Assembly (NCBI GenBank): GCA_022820625.1
Contig: JAJEFE010000111.1
Span: 2,319-66,318 of the forward strand
Length of the DNA: 64,000 bases
Origin: Gammaproteobacteria bacterium
GTDB lineage: Bacteria > Pseudomonadota > Gammaproteobacteria > Steroidobacterales > Rariloculaceae
Direction: 5' to 3'
Position 1 is the first letter of the stretch. The number at the start of each line of letters is the position of its first letter. Positions 27,964 through 37,216 of the stretch are shown piece by piece. Position numbers and translations under genes: made by a program. Below the pieces are notes generated by a model. It had not been told where the DNA came from. It made no database searches and saw nothing but the letters and a program-made list of their open reading frames with translations.

Positions 27964-29472
27964 ATGGACCGCGAACCCATCGAACAGGTCGTCATCGCCG
28001 GTGGCGGTACCGCCGGCTGGATGGCGGCGGCGTTGCTCGCCAAGACGATGGGGAAGACCGTCAGGATCCGACTGGTGGAGTCCGAGGAGATCGGCACTGT
28101 CGGGGTCGGGGAGGCCACGATTCCGCCGCTTCAGGAGTTCAACCGGGTGCTGGGCCTGGACGAGAACGACATGCTGCGCCGGGTCCAGGGCACCTTCAAG
28201 CTGGGCATCCAGTTCCAGAACTGGGGCCGGCGGGGCGACTGCTACATGCACGCCTTCGGGGACATCGGCCGCGACCTCGGCATGGGCAACTTCCACCAGT
28301 ACTGGCTGCGGGGCCTGCGCGAAGGATACGCCGAGCGCTTCTGGAATTATTCGGTCAACGAGACCGCCGCCCTGGCCAACCGATTCGACCGCATTGAAAA
28401 AATCCCCGGCAGTCCGCTGCCGGGCATCGTCTACGCGTTTCACTTCGACGCCTCCCTTTACGCCCGGTATCTGCGGGAATTCAGCGAACGGCTCGGCGTC
28501 GTCCGGACCGAAGGCAGGATCGCACGGGTGGAGCGCCGTCCGGCAGACGGTTTCATCGACGCGCTGGTGCTGGCGGACGGCACGCGCGTGGCGGGCGACC
28601 TGTTCATCGATTGCACCGGGTTCCGTGGACTGCTGATCGAGCAAACGCTTGGCACGGGGTACGACGATTGGTCGCACTGGCTGCCGTGCGACCGGGCCGT
28701 TGCGGTGGCCAGCGAACCTGCGAGACCAGTGGGGCCGTACACGCAGGCGATCGCGCGCGACGCCGGCTGGCAGTGGCGGATTCCGTTGCAGCACCGGATC
28801 GGCAACGGCCACGTCTATTGCAGCCGCTACATCAGCGACGACGAGGCGACCGCCACCTTGCTCGACAACCTGGACGGCGAGCCGCTGGGCGAACCCCGGT
28901 TGCTGCGTTTCACCACCGGCCGGCGCAGAAAGTTCTGGAACCGGAACTGCGTCGCGCTGGGCCTGGCGAGCGGCTTCATGGAGCCGCTGGAGTCCACCAG
29001 CATCCACCTCATCCAGACCGGCGTCAGCTGGCTGGTGCGCCTGTTCCCGGACCGGCGATTCGAGCAGGCCAACATCGACGAGTACAACCGCCACTGCCTG
29101 TTCGACTTCGACCGCATCCGCGACTTCTTGATCCTGCACTACAAGGCCACCGAGCGGGACGACGCGCCGTTCTGGCGGGACTGCCGGAACCTGGCCGTGC
29201 CGGACCGGCTCAAGCACCGGCTGGCGCTGTTCGAAGCCGCCGGGGGGGTCTACCGCGAACTGGGCGAACTGTTCACCGAGGCGGCCTGGCTGCAGGTGAT
29301 GCTCGGCCAGAACATCATGCCGCGCGGCTACCACTCCATCGCCGACGGCATCACATCGGCGCAGCTCCAGCAGTTCCTGCGCGACCTCACGACAATCATC
29401 CGCGGCGGAGTAGGGCAGATGCCGCAGCACGAGGAGTACATTCGTGCGCACTGCGCGACGGTGCCCCCATAG
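27964..29472 (+). CDS. Flavin-dependent (tryptophan-type) halogenase homologue
   Basis: GGGTAGW, GVGEATIP, Lys in GTFKLGIQF, and the GWQWRIPL (W-x-W-x-I-P) signature. 502 aa. Confidence 0.85.
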   Translation: MDREPIEQVVIAGGGTAGWMAAALLAKTMGKTVRIRLVESEEIGTVGVGEATIPPLQEFNRVLGLDENDMLRRVQGTFKLGIQFQNWGRRGDCYMHAFGDIGRDLGMGNFHQYWLRGLREGYAERFWNYSVNETAALANRFDRIEKIPGSPLPGIVYAFHFDASLYARYLREFSERLGVVRTEGRIARVERRPADGFIDALVLADGTRVAGDLFIDCTGFRGLLIEQTLGTGYDDWSHWLPCDRAVAVASEPARPVGPYTQAIARDAGWQWRIPLQHRIGNGHVYCSRYISDDEATATLLDNLDGEPLGEPRLLRFTTGRRRKFWNRNCVALGLASGFMEPLESTSIHLIQTGVSWLVRLFPDRRFEQANIDEYNRHCLFDFDRIRDFLILHYKATERDDAPFWRDCRNLAVPDRLKHRLALFEAAGGVYRELGELFTEAAWLQVMLGQNIMPRGYHSIADGITSAQLQQFLRDLTTIIRGGVGQMPQHEEYIRAHCATVPP

Positions 29473-29506
29473 ATGAGAGGGCGAGTCCTTCCATTGGCGA
29501 TTTTCT

Positions 29507-29551
29507 GGGATATTTTCACCTGGAAAGTGATAAAAGGCGGGATATTTTCAC
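29507..29551 (+). promoter_or_regulatory. Two perfect 13-nt direct repeats GGGATATTTTCAC (29507..29519, 29539..29551) flanking an inverted partial copy (GTGATAAAA)
   Basis: Seen directly in the AT-rich 152-bp spacer upstream of the MFS gene. The repeat period is 32 nt. Confidence 0.35.
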
Positions 29552-29624
29552 TTTGCGACCAAAAAATGCGGACAAACTCCCTTATGGCCGGTAGACGCCA
29601 CTTATCCACGAAAATGAGCAACTG

Positions 29625-31124
29625 ATGCAGACTCGACAAAGACCGCTGCTGGGTTTCTGGCAGATCTGGAACATGTGTTTCGGATTTCTCGGCATCCAGT
29701 TCGGGTTTGCGCTTCAGAATGCCAACGCCAGCAGGATTTTCCAGACGCTGGGGGCGGATATCGATACGCTGCCGCTGCTGTGGGTAGCCGCGCCGCTGAC
29801 CGGGTTGGTGGTGCAGCCCATCGTCGGCTACATGAGCGACCGGACGTGGAACATACTTGGACGCAGGCGCCCGTATTTCTTCTTTGGGGCCATATTCACG
29901 ACGCTGGCGCTGGTGGTGATGCCCAATTCCCCGGCCTTGTGGGTGGCGGCCGGGACGCTGTGGATTCTGGACGCGTCCATCAACATCACTATGGAACCGT
30001 TCCGGGCGTTCGTCGGCGACAACCTGGCGCCGAGCCAGCGCTCCACCGGCTACGTGATGCAGAGCTTCTTCATTGCGCTCGGGGCGGTGGTGGCATCGGC
30101 ATTGCCGTGGATGATGAGCAACTGGTTGGGGATTGCGAATACGGCGCCGGCAGGCGAGATTCCCGATTCCGTTCGCTATTCCTTCTACTTCGGGGCTGCG
30201 GTCCTGTTCTGTGCGGTCATGTGGACGGTGGTCAGTTCACGCGAATACGACCCTGAGGAATTGGCTTCCTTCGAGGACCCTGCCGGAGACAGCGCAGAAC
30301 GGGAACGAAGTTCGGCGACCGTGTTTCGTCCCCGGCACGCTGTGATATGGACGGGAATCGGCGTCGCAGCCCTGGCTCTGGCGGCGATACTGGGCGCGGA
30401 CCCGCCCATCTACCTGTTGGCGGTCGGGATTACCGTATTCGGTCTGTTGCAGTGGCTCGCCATCGATATGCAGCGGCGCGGACGCGTGGAAAACCTGTAC
30501 TTCGACATGTGTCGCAACCTGGTGGAAATGCCGGAGACGATGAAGCGCCTTGCGTGGGTGCAATTCTTCTCCTGGTTTGCGTTGTTCGCCATGTGGATCT
30601 ACTCGACGCCCGCGGTAACCGCCTATCACTATGGCACTGACGATGTCACTTCGCAGCTCTACAACCAGGGTGCCGATTGGGTGGCCGTTCTGTTTGCCGG
30701 CTACAATGTGGTCGCCGTCGCCGCGGCGATGACCATCCCGCTTTTCATTCGCTGGCTGGGGCTGTTTCGCTCGCACCAGCTCAATCTCTTGCTCGGCGCG
30801 ATCGGTTTGGCGTCGTTCCTGGTCATCAGGGACCCGGCGTGGTTGCTGGTCTCGATGGTTGGCGTAGGTTTTGCGTGGGCGTCCATCGTGTCGATTCCCT
30901 ACGCGATCCTGGCCAACGCCATTCCGGCGGCACGCATGGGCATTTTCATGGGTATCTTCAATTTCTTTATCGTCATACCGCAGTTGCTGGCCGCTGCGGT
31001 GCTCGGCATTATCGTGGAACATGTGTTTGGCGGGCGTGTCATCCTTGCTCTTCCGTTGGCCGGCCTTTCGATGGTAGTCGCTGCCTTCGCAGTGCGTTTC
31101 GTGGAGCGGCAGCCATTGTCATGA
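29625..31124 (+). CDS. MFS transporter, SLC45/GPH-like sugar:cation symporter
   Basis: 12-TM profile. GYMSDRTWNILGRRRPYFF motif as in the sucrose/maltose-type MFS carriers found in gammaproteobacterial alpha-glucan loci. Confidence 0.85.
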   Translation: MQTRQRPLLGFWQIWNMCFGFLGIQFGFALQNANASRIFQTLGADIDTLPLLWVAAPLTGLVVQPIVGYMSDRTWNILGRRRPYFFFGAIFTTLALVVMPNSPALWVAAGTLWILDASINITMEPFRAFVGDNLAPSQRSTGYVMQSFFIALGAVVASALPWMMSNWLGIANTAPAGEIPDSVRYSFYFGAAVLFCAVMWTVVSSREYDPEELASFEDPAGDSAERERSSATVFRPRHAVIWTGIGVAALALAAILGADPPIYLLAVGITVFGLLQWLAIDMQRRGRVENLYFDMCRNLVEMPETMKRLAWVQFFSWFALFAMWIYSTPAVTAYHYGTDDVTSQLYNQGADWVAVLFAGYNVVAVAAAMTIPLFIRWLGLFRSHQLNLLLGAIGLASFLVIRDPAWLLVSMVGVGFAWASIVSIPYAILANAIPAARMGIFMGIFNFFIVIPQLLAAAVLGIIVEHVFGGRVILALPLAGLSMVVAAFAVRFVERQPLS

Positions 31125-31146
31125 TTTCAGACTCAGGTGAAATGCA

Positions 31147-32868
31147 ATGAATCCAGGACCATCCAGATCGACGTTCATCAGGGCCGGGTTGATCGGTGTC
31201 ATCGGTGCCGTGTGCGTCGCGGCGATTCCGCCGGACGCGTTTGCCCAGACCGCCACTTTCCGGAACCCCATCCTTCGCGGCGGTTACCCCGACCCGTCCA
31301 TTACACGCGTGGGCGACGACTATTACATCGTCAATTCCACGTTCGAGTACTTTCCCGGGCTTCCGGTACACCACAGCACCGACCTGGTGAACTGGGAATT
31401 GGCGGGTTACGGCATCCAGGATCCCGACTTCTACCGGGATGCGGTCAACCTCGTGGATGTGCAATCCAACGGCGGCATTCACGCCCCGTCCATCCGCTGG
31501 CACGACGGGCTCTTCTACATAATCACCACGAATGTCTACAACCCCGGGGCCGGTCAGCCGACGCGAATGGTGAATTTCATCATCACCGCCGAGGACGTTG
31601 CCGGTCCCTGGTCGGAACCCTACGTCATCGAGGGTGCGCCGGGCATCGATCCGGACATCTTTTTCGATGACGACGGCAGGGTCTGGTACGTGGGCAACCA
31701 CGGCCCCCCGGACCCGGAGTTTGCCGGCCAGGGCGAAATCTGGTTGCAGGAGCTCGATCCGGAGAACTGGCAGCTCATCGGCGAGCGGCACTTTCTGTGG
31801 CGCGGCGCCTGCGACGGCACCTGGGCGGAAGGGCCGCACATCTACAAGCGCGACGGGCGCTACTATCTGCTGATCGCCGAAGGCGGCACCAGCTACAACC
31901 ACGCGGTCATGATCGCGGTCAGCGACGAAATTACCGGACCGTACATCTCCAACGACCGCAATCCAATCCTCACATCGCGGAACCTGTCCTACAGCAACTG
32001 GGTTCACAGCACCGGTCATGCGGACCTGGTGGAGTTGGCCGACGGGCGCTGGTACATGGTGGCGCTGGGCAAGCGCAACGACGAACAGGGCGACTCCAAC
32101 ATGGGCCGCGAGTCCCACCTGGTGCCGGTCGCCTGGGAGCGCGAGCCGTTCGATTGGAAGGAGGTCAAGTACGAGTGGCCGGTTGTCGCGCCTGACACGG
32201 GTCGCGTCGAGAGGTTTACGCCGCTGCCCTTCGAAGGCGCCCTGCAGCACCGTAACGATGCCTTCACCGACGATTTCGACAGCGGCACGCTCGATCTGCA
32301 ATGGAATTTCCGGCGCGTGCCGATGCCCGGGATCTACTCGCTGGACGAGCGGCCGGGATACCTGCGCCTCTACGCCCACCCAAACGTGATCGCCGAGCGC
32401 GGACGTGCCGCTCTGATGGGCGTACGCCAGCAGGAGAGCGATTTCGAATACAGCGCGAGGATGGCCTTCTCCCCGCAACAGGACAATGTCGAAGCGGGCG
32501 TCAGCCTGTTTCAGAAGGACTACAACTACCTGAACTTCACGGTGGTGGGGCGTGGCGAGGAAAATATCCTGCGGCTGGTGCTGATGGAACGCGAGCAGGG
32601 TCCGAGCACTGTCGAGGAGCGCGTGCTGGAGGACTATGACGGTGAGATCGTCTTCCGGGTAATATCAAAGGACAGCCGGTATGTATACGAGTATTCGCTT
32701 GACAGGGGCGCCAGCTTCGCCCGGTTCGCCGAAACTGACGCCGCCCGGTTGATCAGCCGCGGATATACGGGCGCCTATCTGGGTGTATACAGTAGCGGTA
32801 ACGGTACGGACTCGGGGGAGTACGCGGACTTTGACTGGGTGCGGTACAAGGGCTACGAGAGACTGTAA
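31147..32868 (+). CDS. GH43 glycoside hydrolase (beta-xylosidase / alpha-L-arabinofuranosidase type) with a C-terminal lectin-like domain
   Basis: NPILRGGYPDPSITRVGDDYYIVNSTFEYFPGLPVHHSTDLVNW, IDPDIFFDDDGRVWY, EGPHIYKRDGRYYLLIAEGG. Signal peptide present. Confidence 0.85.
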   Translation: MNPGPSRSTFIRAGLIGVIGAVCVAAIPPDAFAQTATFRNPILRGGYPDPSITRVGDDYYIVNSTFEYFPGLPVHHSTDLVNWELAGYGIQDPDFYRDAVNLVDVQSNGGIHAPSIRWHDGLFYIITTNVYNPGAGQPTRMVNFIITAEDVAGPWSEPYVIEGAPGIDPDIFFDDDGRVWYVGNHGPPDPEFAGQGEIWLQELDPENWQLIGERHFLWRGACDGTWAEGPHIYKRDGRYYLLIAEGGTSYNHAVMIAVSDEITGPYISNDRNPILTSRNLSYSNWVHSTGHADLVELADGRWYMVALGKRNDEQGDSNMGRESHLVPVAWEREPFDWKEVKYEWPVVAPDTGRVERFTPLPFEGALQHRNDAFTDDFDSGTLDLQWNFRRVPMPGIYSLDERPGYLRLYAHPNVIAERGRAALMGVRQQESDFEYSARMAFSPQQDNVEAGVSLFQKDYNYLNFTVVGRGEENILRLVLMEREQGPSTVEERVLEDYDGEIVFRVISKDSRYVYEYSLDRGASFARFAETDAARLISRGYTGAYLGVYSSGNGTDSGEYADFDWVRYKGYERL

Positions 32869-33039
32869 TCGATGAACGGGTGTCTCTTGATCCGAACCTT
32901 TGCGCCAGCGGGGCGCATCCTCGGTCTATCGGTCGTCTTCGGGCGGGTGGTCTTTCGCTCCATGCGGCGGTATTTTCGCCTCCGGCTGCCAGGGTCGGCC
33001 CACCATCGCAGGCATCTTGGCCATCGTCGCCTGAACTGG

Positions 33040-34647
33040 ATGTACGCGCAGTGGCGGAGCGGATTGCTTGCGGTCGCAGTTGTGACGGTGGGCACGGTCC
33101 CGGTTGTCACGACTGGCCAGGAGTCCGGCGCGGCGGCGCCGAATATCGTCTTCATCATCACCGACGACATGAGCTGGGCGCACATGGGCGCCTACGGCAG
33201 TGACGAAGTCGATACCCCCAACCTGGACCGCCTGGCGCGGGAGGGTGCGATTTTCGACAACGCCTTTGTCAGCACGCCCTCCTGCACGCCCTCCAGAGCG
33301 TCTATCCTTACCGGGCGGAACGGCTTCGAACTGGAGGAGGGCGCCACTCTGTGGGGATACCTGCCGGCCAAGTTCCCGACGTATACCGAGTTGCTGGCGG
33401 AGCAGGGGTATCGCGTCGGCGCCACGGGCAAGGGCTGGGCGCCCGGGTTTCTCATCGACAGGGACGTGAACCCGGCGGGCCAGCCGTATAACCGGATTCG
33501 GGTCAAGCCCTTCGGCGATCATTTCGAGTCGCTGGCCATGTCGGATATCGACTACGCCGCCAATTTTGAGTCGTTTCTGGATTCGACGGAAGCGGATCGG
33601 CCGTTCGTGTTCTGGATGGGCACGTACGAACCGCACCGAGGATATACGCCCGGCGTGGCGGCGGCGCGCGGCAAGGATACGGCGGTGGCGACAGTCCCGG
33701 CGTTTCTGCCCGACGTACCGGCGGTGCGGGAGGACATCAACGAGTACTACGCCGAAATCGAGCATGTCGATGACCATGTCGGCCGCGTGATGGAGGTGCT
33801 GAACCGGCGGGGCCTGCAGAACGATACATTGGTCGTGTTCACGTCGGACAATGGCATGCCCTTCCCGCGGGCGAAGGCCACGCTCTACGACTACGGCACG
33901 CACATGCCGCTGATCGTGTGGTGGGGGGACAATATCGCCGGCGGGCTACGCATCGACGAGTTCGCCAGTCACACCGATATCGCGCCAACATTTCTGGAGG
34001 TTGCGGGCGTCGAGGCGCCCCCGGAAATGACCGGCCGGAGCCTCCTGCCCCTGTTGACAACCGGAGAGCCTGCTCAGGCATCCCGTGACGCGGTCTACAT
34101 GTACCGGGAACGGCACGGTTTCTACGCCGGTACCGGCGGAATGTCCTTCCCGTCCCGGGCGGTTCGGACGGAGGACTACCTGTTGATCTGGAATGCGCGC
34201 CCGGATGCATTTCCCAGCGATGTCGACGGCGGCCCCACCAAATCGTACATGGAGGAGAACACGGAGGATCCGGCGTCGCTGTACGCGCTCAGTTTTGGAA
34301 CGCGGGACGAATACGAGCTCTACGATGTGCGCGCCGACGAATTCCAGATGAACAATCTGGCGGGGGATGAAGCCTATGAGGAGGTGTTCGAGGGCCTTCG
34401 CTCGCAACTTTTCGCCTACCTCGAGGCTCGCGGGGACCCTCGCATACTGGGGAACGCCGGGCGTTTCCTTTACGCACCCTATTTCGGTGTGGTCTTCAGG
34501 CCGGAGTTATTGCAGTGGGCGCCCGAGCAACAGGGGCAGGAACTTACGTTTGAAGAGCGGCGCGACCTGCTGCAAAAGGCGTATTCAATGATCGGTGAGA
34601 TCGAGTTCTATCAGCGAATGGTCGCCGGACAGGCGGGACGTTTGTGA
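33040..34647 (+). CDS. Sulfatase (Cys-type, canonical CTPSR)
   Basis: PNIVFIITDDMSW, STPSCTPSRASILTGR, FTSDNGMPFPR. Start taken at the ATG before the signal peptide (alternatives 32962 and 32872). Confidence 0.85.
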   Translation: MYAQWRSGLLAVAVVTVGTVPVVTTGQESGAAAPNIVFIITDDMSWAHMGAYGSDEVDTPNLDRLAREGAIFDNAFVSTPSCTPSRASILTGRNGFELEEGATLWGYLPAKFPTYTELLAEQGYRVGATGKGWAPGFLIDRDVNPAGQPYNRIRVKPFGDHFESLAMSDIDYAANFESFLDSTEADRPFVFWMGTYEPHRGYTPGVAAARGKDTAVATVPAFLPDVPAVREDINEYYAEIEHVDDHVGRVMEVLNRRGLQNDTLVVFTSDNGMPFPRAKATLYDYGTHMPLIVWWGDNIAGGLRIDEFASHTDIAPTFLEVAGVEAPPEMTGRSLLPLLTTGEPAQASRDAVYMYRERHGFYAGTGGMSFPSRAVRTEDYLLIWNARPDAFPSDVDGGPTKSYMEENTEDPASLYALSFGTRDEYELYDVRADEFQMNNLAGDEAYEEVFEGLRSQLFAYLEARGDPRILGNAGRFLYAPYFGVVFRPELLQWAPEQQGQELTFEERRDLLQKAYSMIGEIEFYQRMVAGQAGRL

Positions 34648-36233
34648 TGGGGATTCGGTTAGGTGGAATGTTGGCCCCGCGGCAGAGTGGCTGCACGGTT
34701 GAGGTATTCGCGAGGCAGCGAGCCAGCGCCGCCAGACGGCCGGCCGGTCCCGGCGCGACGCGGGGCATTTGCCACGGGCTGCTGGTCTCGTGCGTTCTTG
34801 CGAGCCTGTGGCTCATGTCCGGTTGCACGGACACGGCGGATACGGTTGATATGCCTGATGCGGCCGACACGTCCGGTGCGGCCACACCCGGTGCGGTCGA
34901 TGAGCGGCCGCCCAACTTCGTCGTTCTGTTCGCGGATGACCTGGGCTACGGCGACCTTGGCAGTTTCGGGCATCCCACCATCAAGACGCCCCACCTGGAC
35001 CGGTTGGCCCGGGAAGGGCTGAGGCTCACACAATTCTATGTTGCCGCATCGCTGTGTACGCCGAGCCGGGCGGCCCTGATGACGGGCCGGCTGCCGGTCC
35101 GAAACGGCATGGCGGGGCGTCGCGGCGTGTTGTTCCCGGATTCCTCGGGGGGATTGCCGGCGGCGGAGACCACGATCGCCGAGGCGCTCAAGGCTCACGG
35201 CTACGCCACTGCCACGGTCGGCAAGTGGCACCTGGGCCACATCCCGCGATATCTGCCGACCGCGCACGGGTTTGACGAGTACTTCGGCATCCCCTATTCC
35301 AATGACATGCGCCCCGAGAACAACTGGGCCTATGCCAGCGAGAATTTTCCAGTCCTGCCGTTAATGGAAGGAACGGAAGTTATCGAACGAATCTACGATC
35401 AGAGCCTGCTCACCGAACGCTACACGCAGCGGGCGATCGAGTTCATCGAGGCGAATCGGTCGCAGCCGTTTTTCCTCTATTTGCCCTACACGGCGCCACA
35501 TGTCCCGCTGATGGTCACCCCCGAACGGGCCGGCACCAGCAAGCGCGGCCTGTACGGCGACGTGGTCGAGGAGATCGACTGGAGCGTGGGAGAAATCGCC
35601 GCTGCTCTGGAGCGGCTCGGGCTGGCGGAGAACACCCTGGTCATCTTCACCAGCGACAACGGCCCCTGGGGTTGGGCCGGACTCGACGGCGGATCGGCCG
35701 GTCTTCTGCGCGGCGCCAAGGGTAGCCCGTGGGAAGGTGGATTCCGTGTGCCCACAATTGCTTGGATGCCCGGCACGGTGCCGGCCAATGTCGCGTCGGA
35801 TGCGCTCGGAACTACGATGGATTTGTTTCCGACCTTCCTGAACATGGCAGGGGGGGAGGCGGGCAACTACCCGGACCTGGACGGTATCGACATAACGGAG
35901 ACTTTCCTGGGCCTTCGCGCCGTACGCGAGCGGGTCATCTACTACCGACAGGAAGACTTCGTGGCCTACCGGCACGGCGCCTGGAAGCTCTTCGTCAACG
36001 ATCCTAATCCCTGGTCGGACGAAATCCAGGACAGTGACCTGCCGCTGCTCTACAACCTTGAAGTCGACCCGTCCGAAGCGTTCAACGTCGCGGAGGAAAA
36101 CCCCGAAGTGGTGGCGCGGATCACGGCGCTCGCCGCCGCCCACGAGGATTCCGTAGAAAGAGTCCCTTCCCAACTTATCGGGATATTGCCCGAATTCCAG
36201 GAAGAATATGATCGCTACCACAACAGTCAGTAG
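34647..36233 (+). CDS. Sulfatase (arylsulfatase A / GalNAc-6-sulfatase-like, canonical CTPSR), lipoprotein
   Basis: TGATG 1-nt overlap with the upstream sulfatase. Lipobox LWLMSGC. PNFVVLFADDLGYGDLG, ASLCTPSRAALMTGR, GKWHLG, FTSDNGPW. Confidence 0.85.
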   Translation: MGIRLGGMLAPRQSGCTVEVFARQRASAARRPAGPGATRGICHGLLVSCVLASLWLMSGCTDTADTVDMPDAADTSGAATPGAVDERPPNFVVLFADDLGYGDLGSFGHPTIKTPHLDRLAREGLRLTQFYVAASLCTPSRAALMTGRLPVRNGMAGRRGVLFPDSSGGLPAAETTIAEALKAHGYATATVGKWHLGHIPRYLPTAHGFDEYFGIPYSNDMRPENNWAYASENFPVLPLMEGTEVIERIYDQSLLTERYTQRAIEFIEANRSQPFFLYLPYTAPHVPLMVTPERAGTSKRGLYGDVVEEIDWSVGEIAAALERLGLAENTLVIFTSDNGPWGWAGLDGGSAGLLRGAKGSPWEGGFRVPTIAWMPGTVPANVASDALGTTMDLFPTFLNMAGGEAGNYPDLDGIDITETFLGLRAVRERVIYYRQEDFVAYRHGAWKLFVNDPNPWSDEIQDSDLPLLYNLEVDPSEAFNVAEENPEVVARITALAAAHEDSVERVPSQLIGILPEFQEEYDRYHNSQ

Positions 36234-36490
36234 CCGCGACAGTCGGTAGCTGCGGCCCTGACCGGGGCGAATGTCGGGTAGGAAATCCCTACCGAATCGT
36301 CGTGCCGGCAAATTGGTCGTGGCGCCATATGCCATTTGTGCCTCGTGGCGCGCTCGAAATACCCCAAAGGGAGCGCAAAACTCGTGATATGACATAGAAA
36401 AGAGTATGGAATGGTCCCGGTGCGTGAGCTATATTCGATTTCAGATTCACTGCGGACGGCGCGGTGCGCCAAGATGCGGAGCAACCGATT

Positions 36491-36967
36491 ATGCGTAACT
36501 TGATGGTTTCAGCCCTTGTCCTGCCACTGTCTTTTGCTGGAGGGTCAGGAGCCCAGGAGCCACCCGGCGCCCGAGAGTCTCCTGCCTCGCGCCAACTGCA
36601 ATTTCAGACTGAGGACACCCTGGATTGGCGGGAGCTACTGGCAAAACTCCATTCCGACTTTGACGTTGAGATCAGGATACGCGACTCTTCGCCACGGTTG
36701 TCCGTACATTTGGCGAGGGAGACGGAGAGCGACGGCCACGGTCTTCTGGGCCTGACATGGCAACATCGCGAGATTGCCAACCTCGAACTCGTTGAATTGG
36801 GAGAAAGGTTTTTCGTCATAGCGAATGCTACGGGTCAAGTGCATTCGAAAGCTCCCCTTGGGCGCTGGCACCTTGAAGAAGAAGGCTCCCTTTCAGAATT
36901 TCATTTCTACTCCGGTCCCGAGGTCGGCGCCTTGATCACCAATGTCGAGGTATACGCGGGTCCGTAA
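36491..36967 (+). CDS. Hypothetical secreted protein (orphan) in a lower-GC insert
   Basis: Signal-like MRNLMVSALVLPLSFAGGSGAQE. No family recognised. Composition visibly less GC-rich than the flanking sulfatase genes. Confidence 0.45.
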   Translation: MRNLMVSALVLPLSFAGGSGAQEPPGARESPASRQLQFQTEDTLDWRELLAKLHSDFDVEIRIRDSSPRLSVHLARETESDGHGLLGLTWQHREIANLELVELGERFFVIANATGQVHSKAPLGRWHLEEEGSLSEFHFYSGPEVGALITNVEVYAGP

Positions 36968-36992
36968 CCAAGCGGGACCCCGCAACGCTGGG

Positions 36993-37199
36993 ATGCCTTC
37001 CGATACCAAAACCCGAGGTCACCTCGCATTGATCGCAGCCTACGCAACGGTGGGCATTCCGACATTGGCGGTCGGCGGTGTGCTTTCCGGTACCATCCAT
37101 GTTCAAGACGTGGAACCTCTGCTCAACGCGGCGTGGTTGATTGTCGGTCCCATTGCGGGGCTTGTTTTCGGGTACTACTTCAGCGCCACCCGACAGTGA
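36993..37199 (+). CDS. Hypothetical small membrane protein (2 predicted TM helices)
   Basis: HLALIAAYATVGIPTLAVGGVL and AAWLIVGPIAGLVFGYYF hydrophobic stretches. ORF only, no homology evidence. Confidence 0.3.
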   Translation: MPSDTKTRGHLALIAAYATVGIPTLAVGGVLSGTIHVQDVEPLLNAAWLIVGPIAGLVFGYYFSATRQ

Positions 37200-37216
37200 G
37201 GACACGTCGCCACAAT

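Noticed and set aside
27913-29451. Long antisense or out-of-frame ORFs throughout the window. Examples: 930..1829(-), 4346..5527(-), 9360..10391(-), 10090..11175(-), 14018..15373(-), 16631..17806(-), 18161..19183(+), 19835..20935(+), 20974..21837(-), 27913..29451(-), 31039..32478(-), 32926..33903(-), 35361..36395(-), 37721..38671(-), 43193..44473(-), 47320..48513(+), 48521..50131(+), 50766..51995(-), 52280..53623(-), 53545..54666(-), 57191..58573(-), 60241..61161(-).
   Set aside because: Each lies opposite, or out of frame with, a gene that has strong family motifs. Their products are Arg/Pro/Gly/Ala-rich low-complexity strings with no recognisable domains. This is typical of shadow ORFs in GC-rich DNA, where stop codons are rare.
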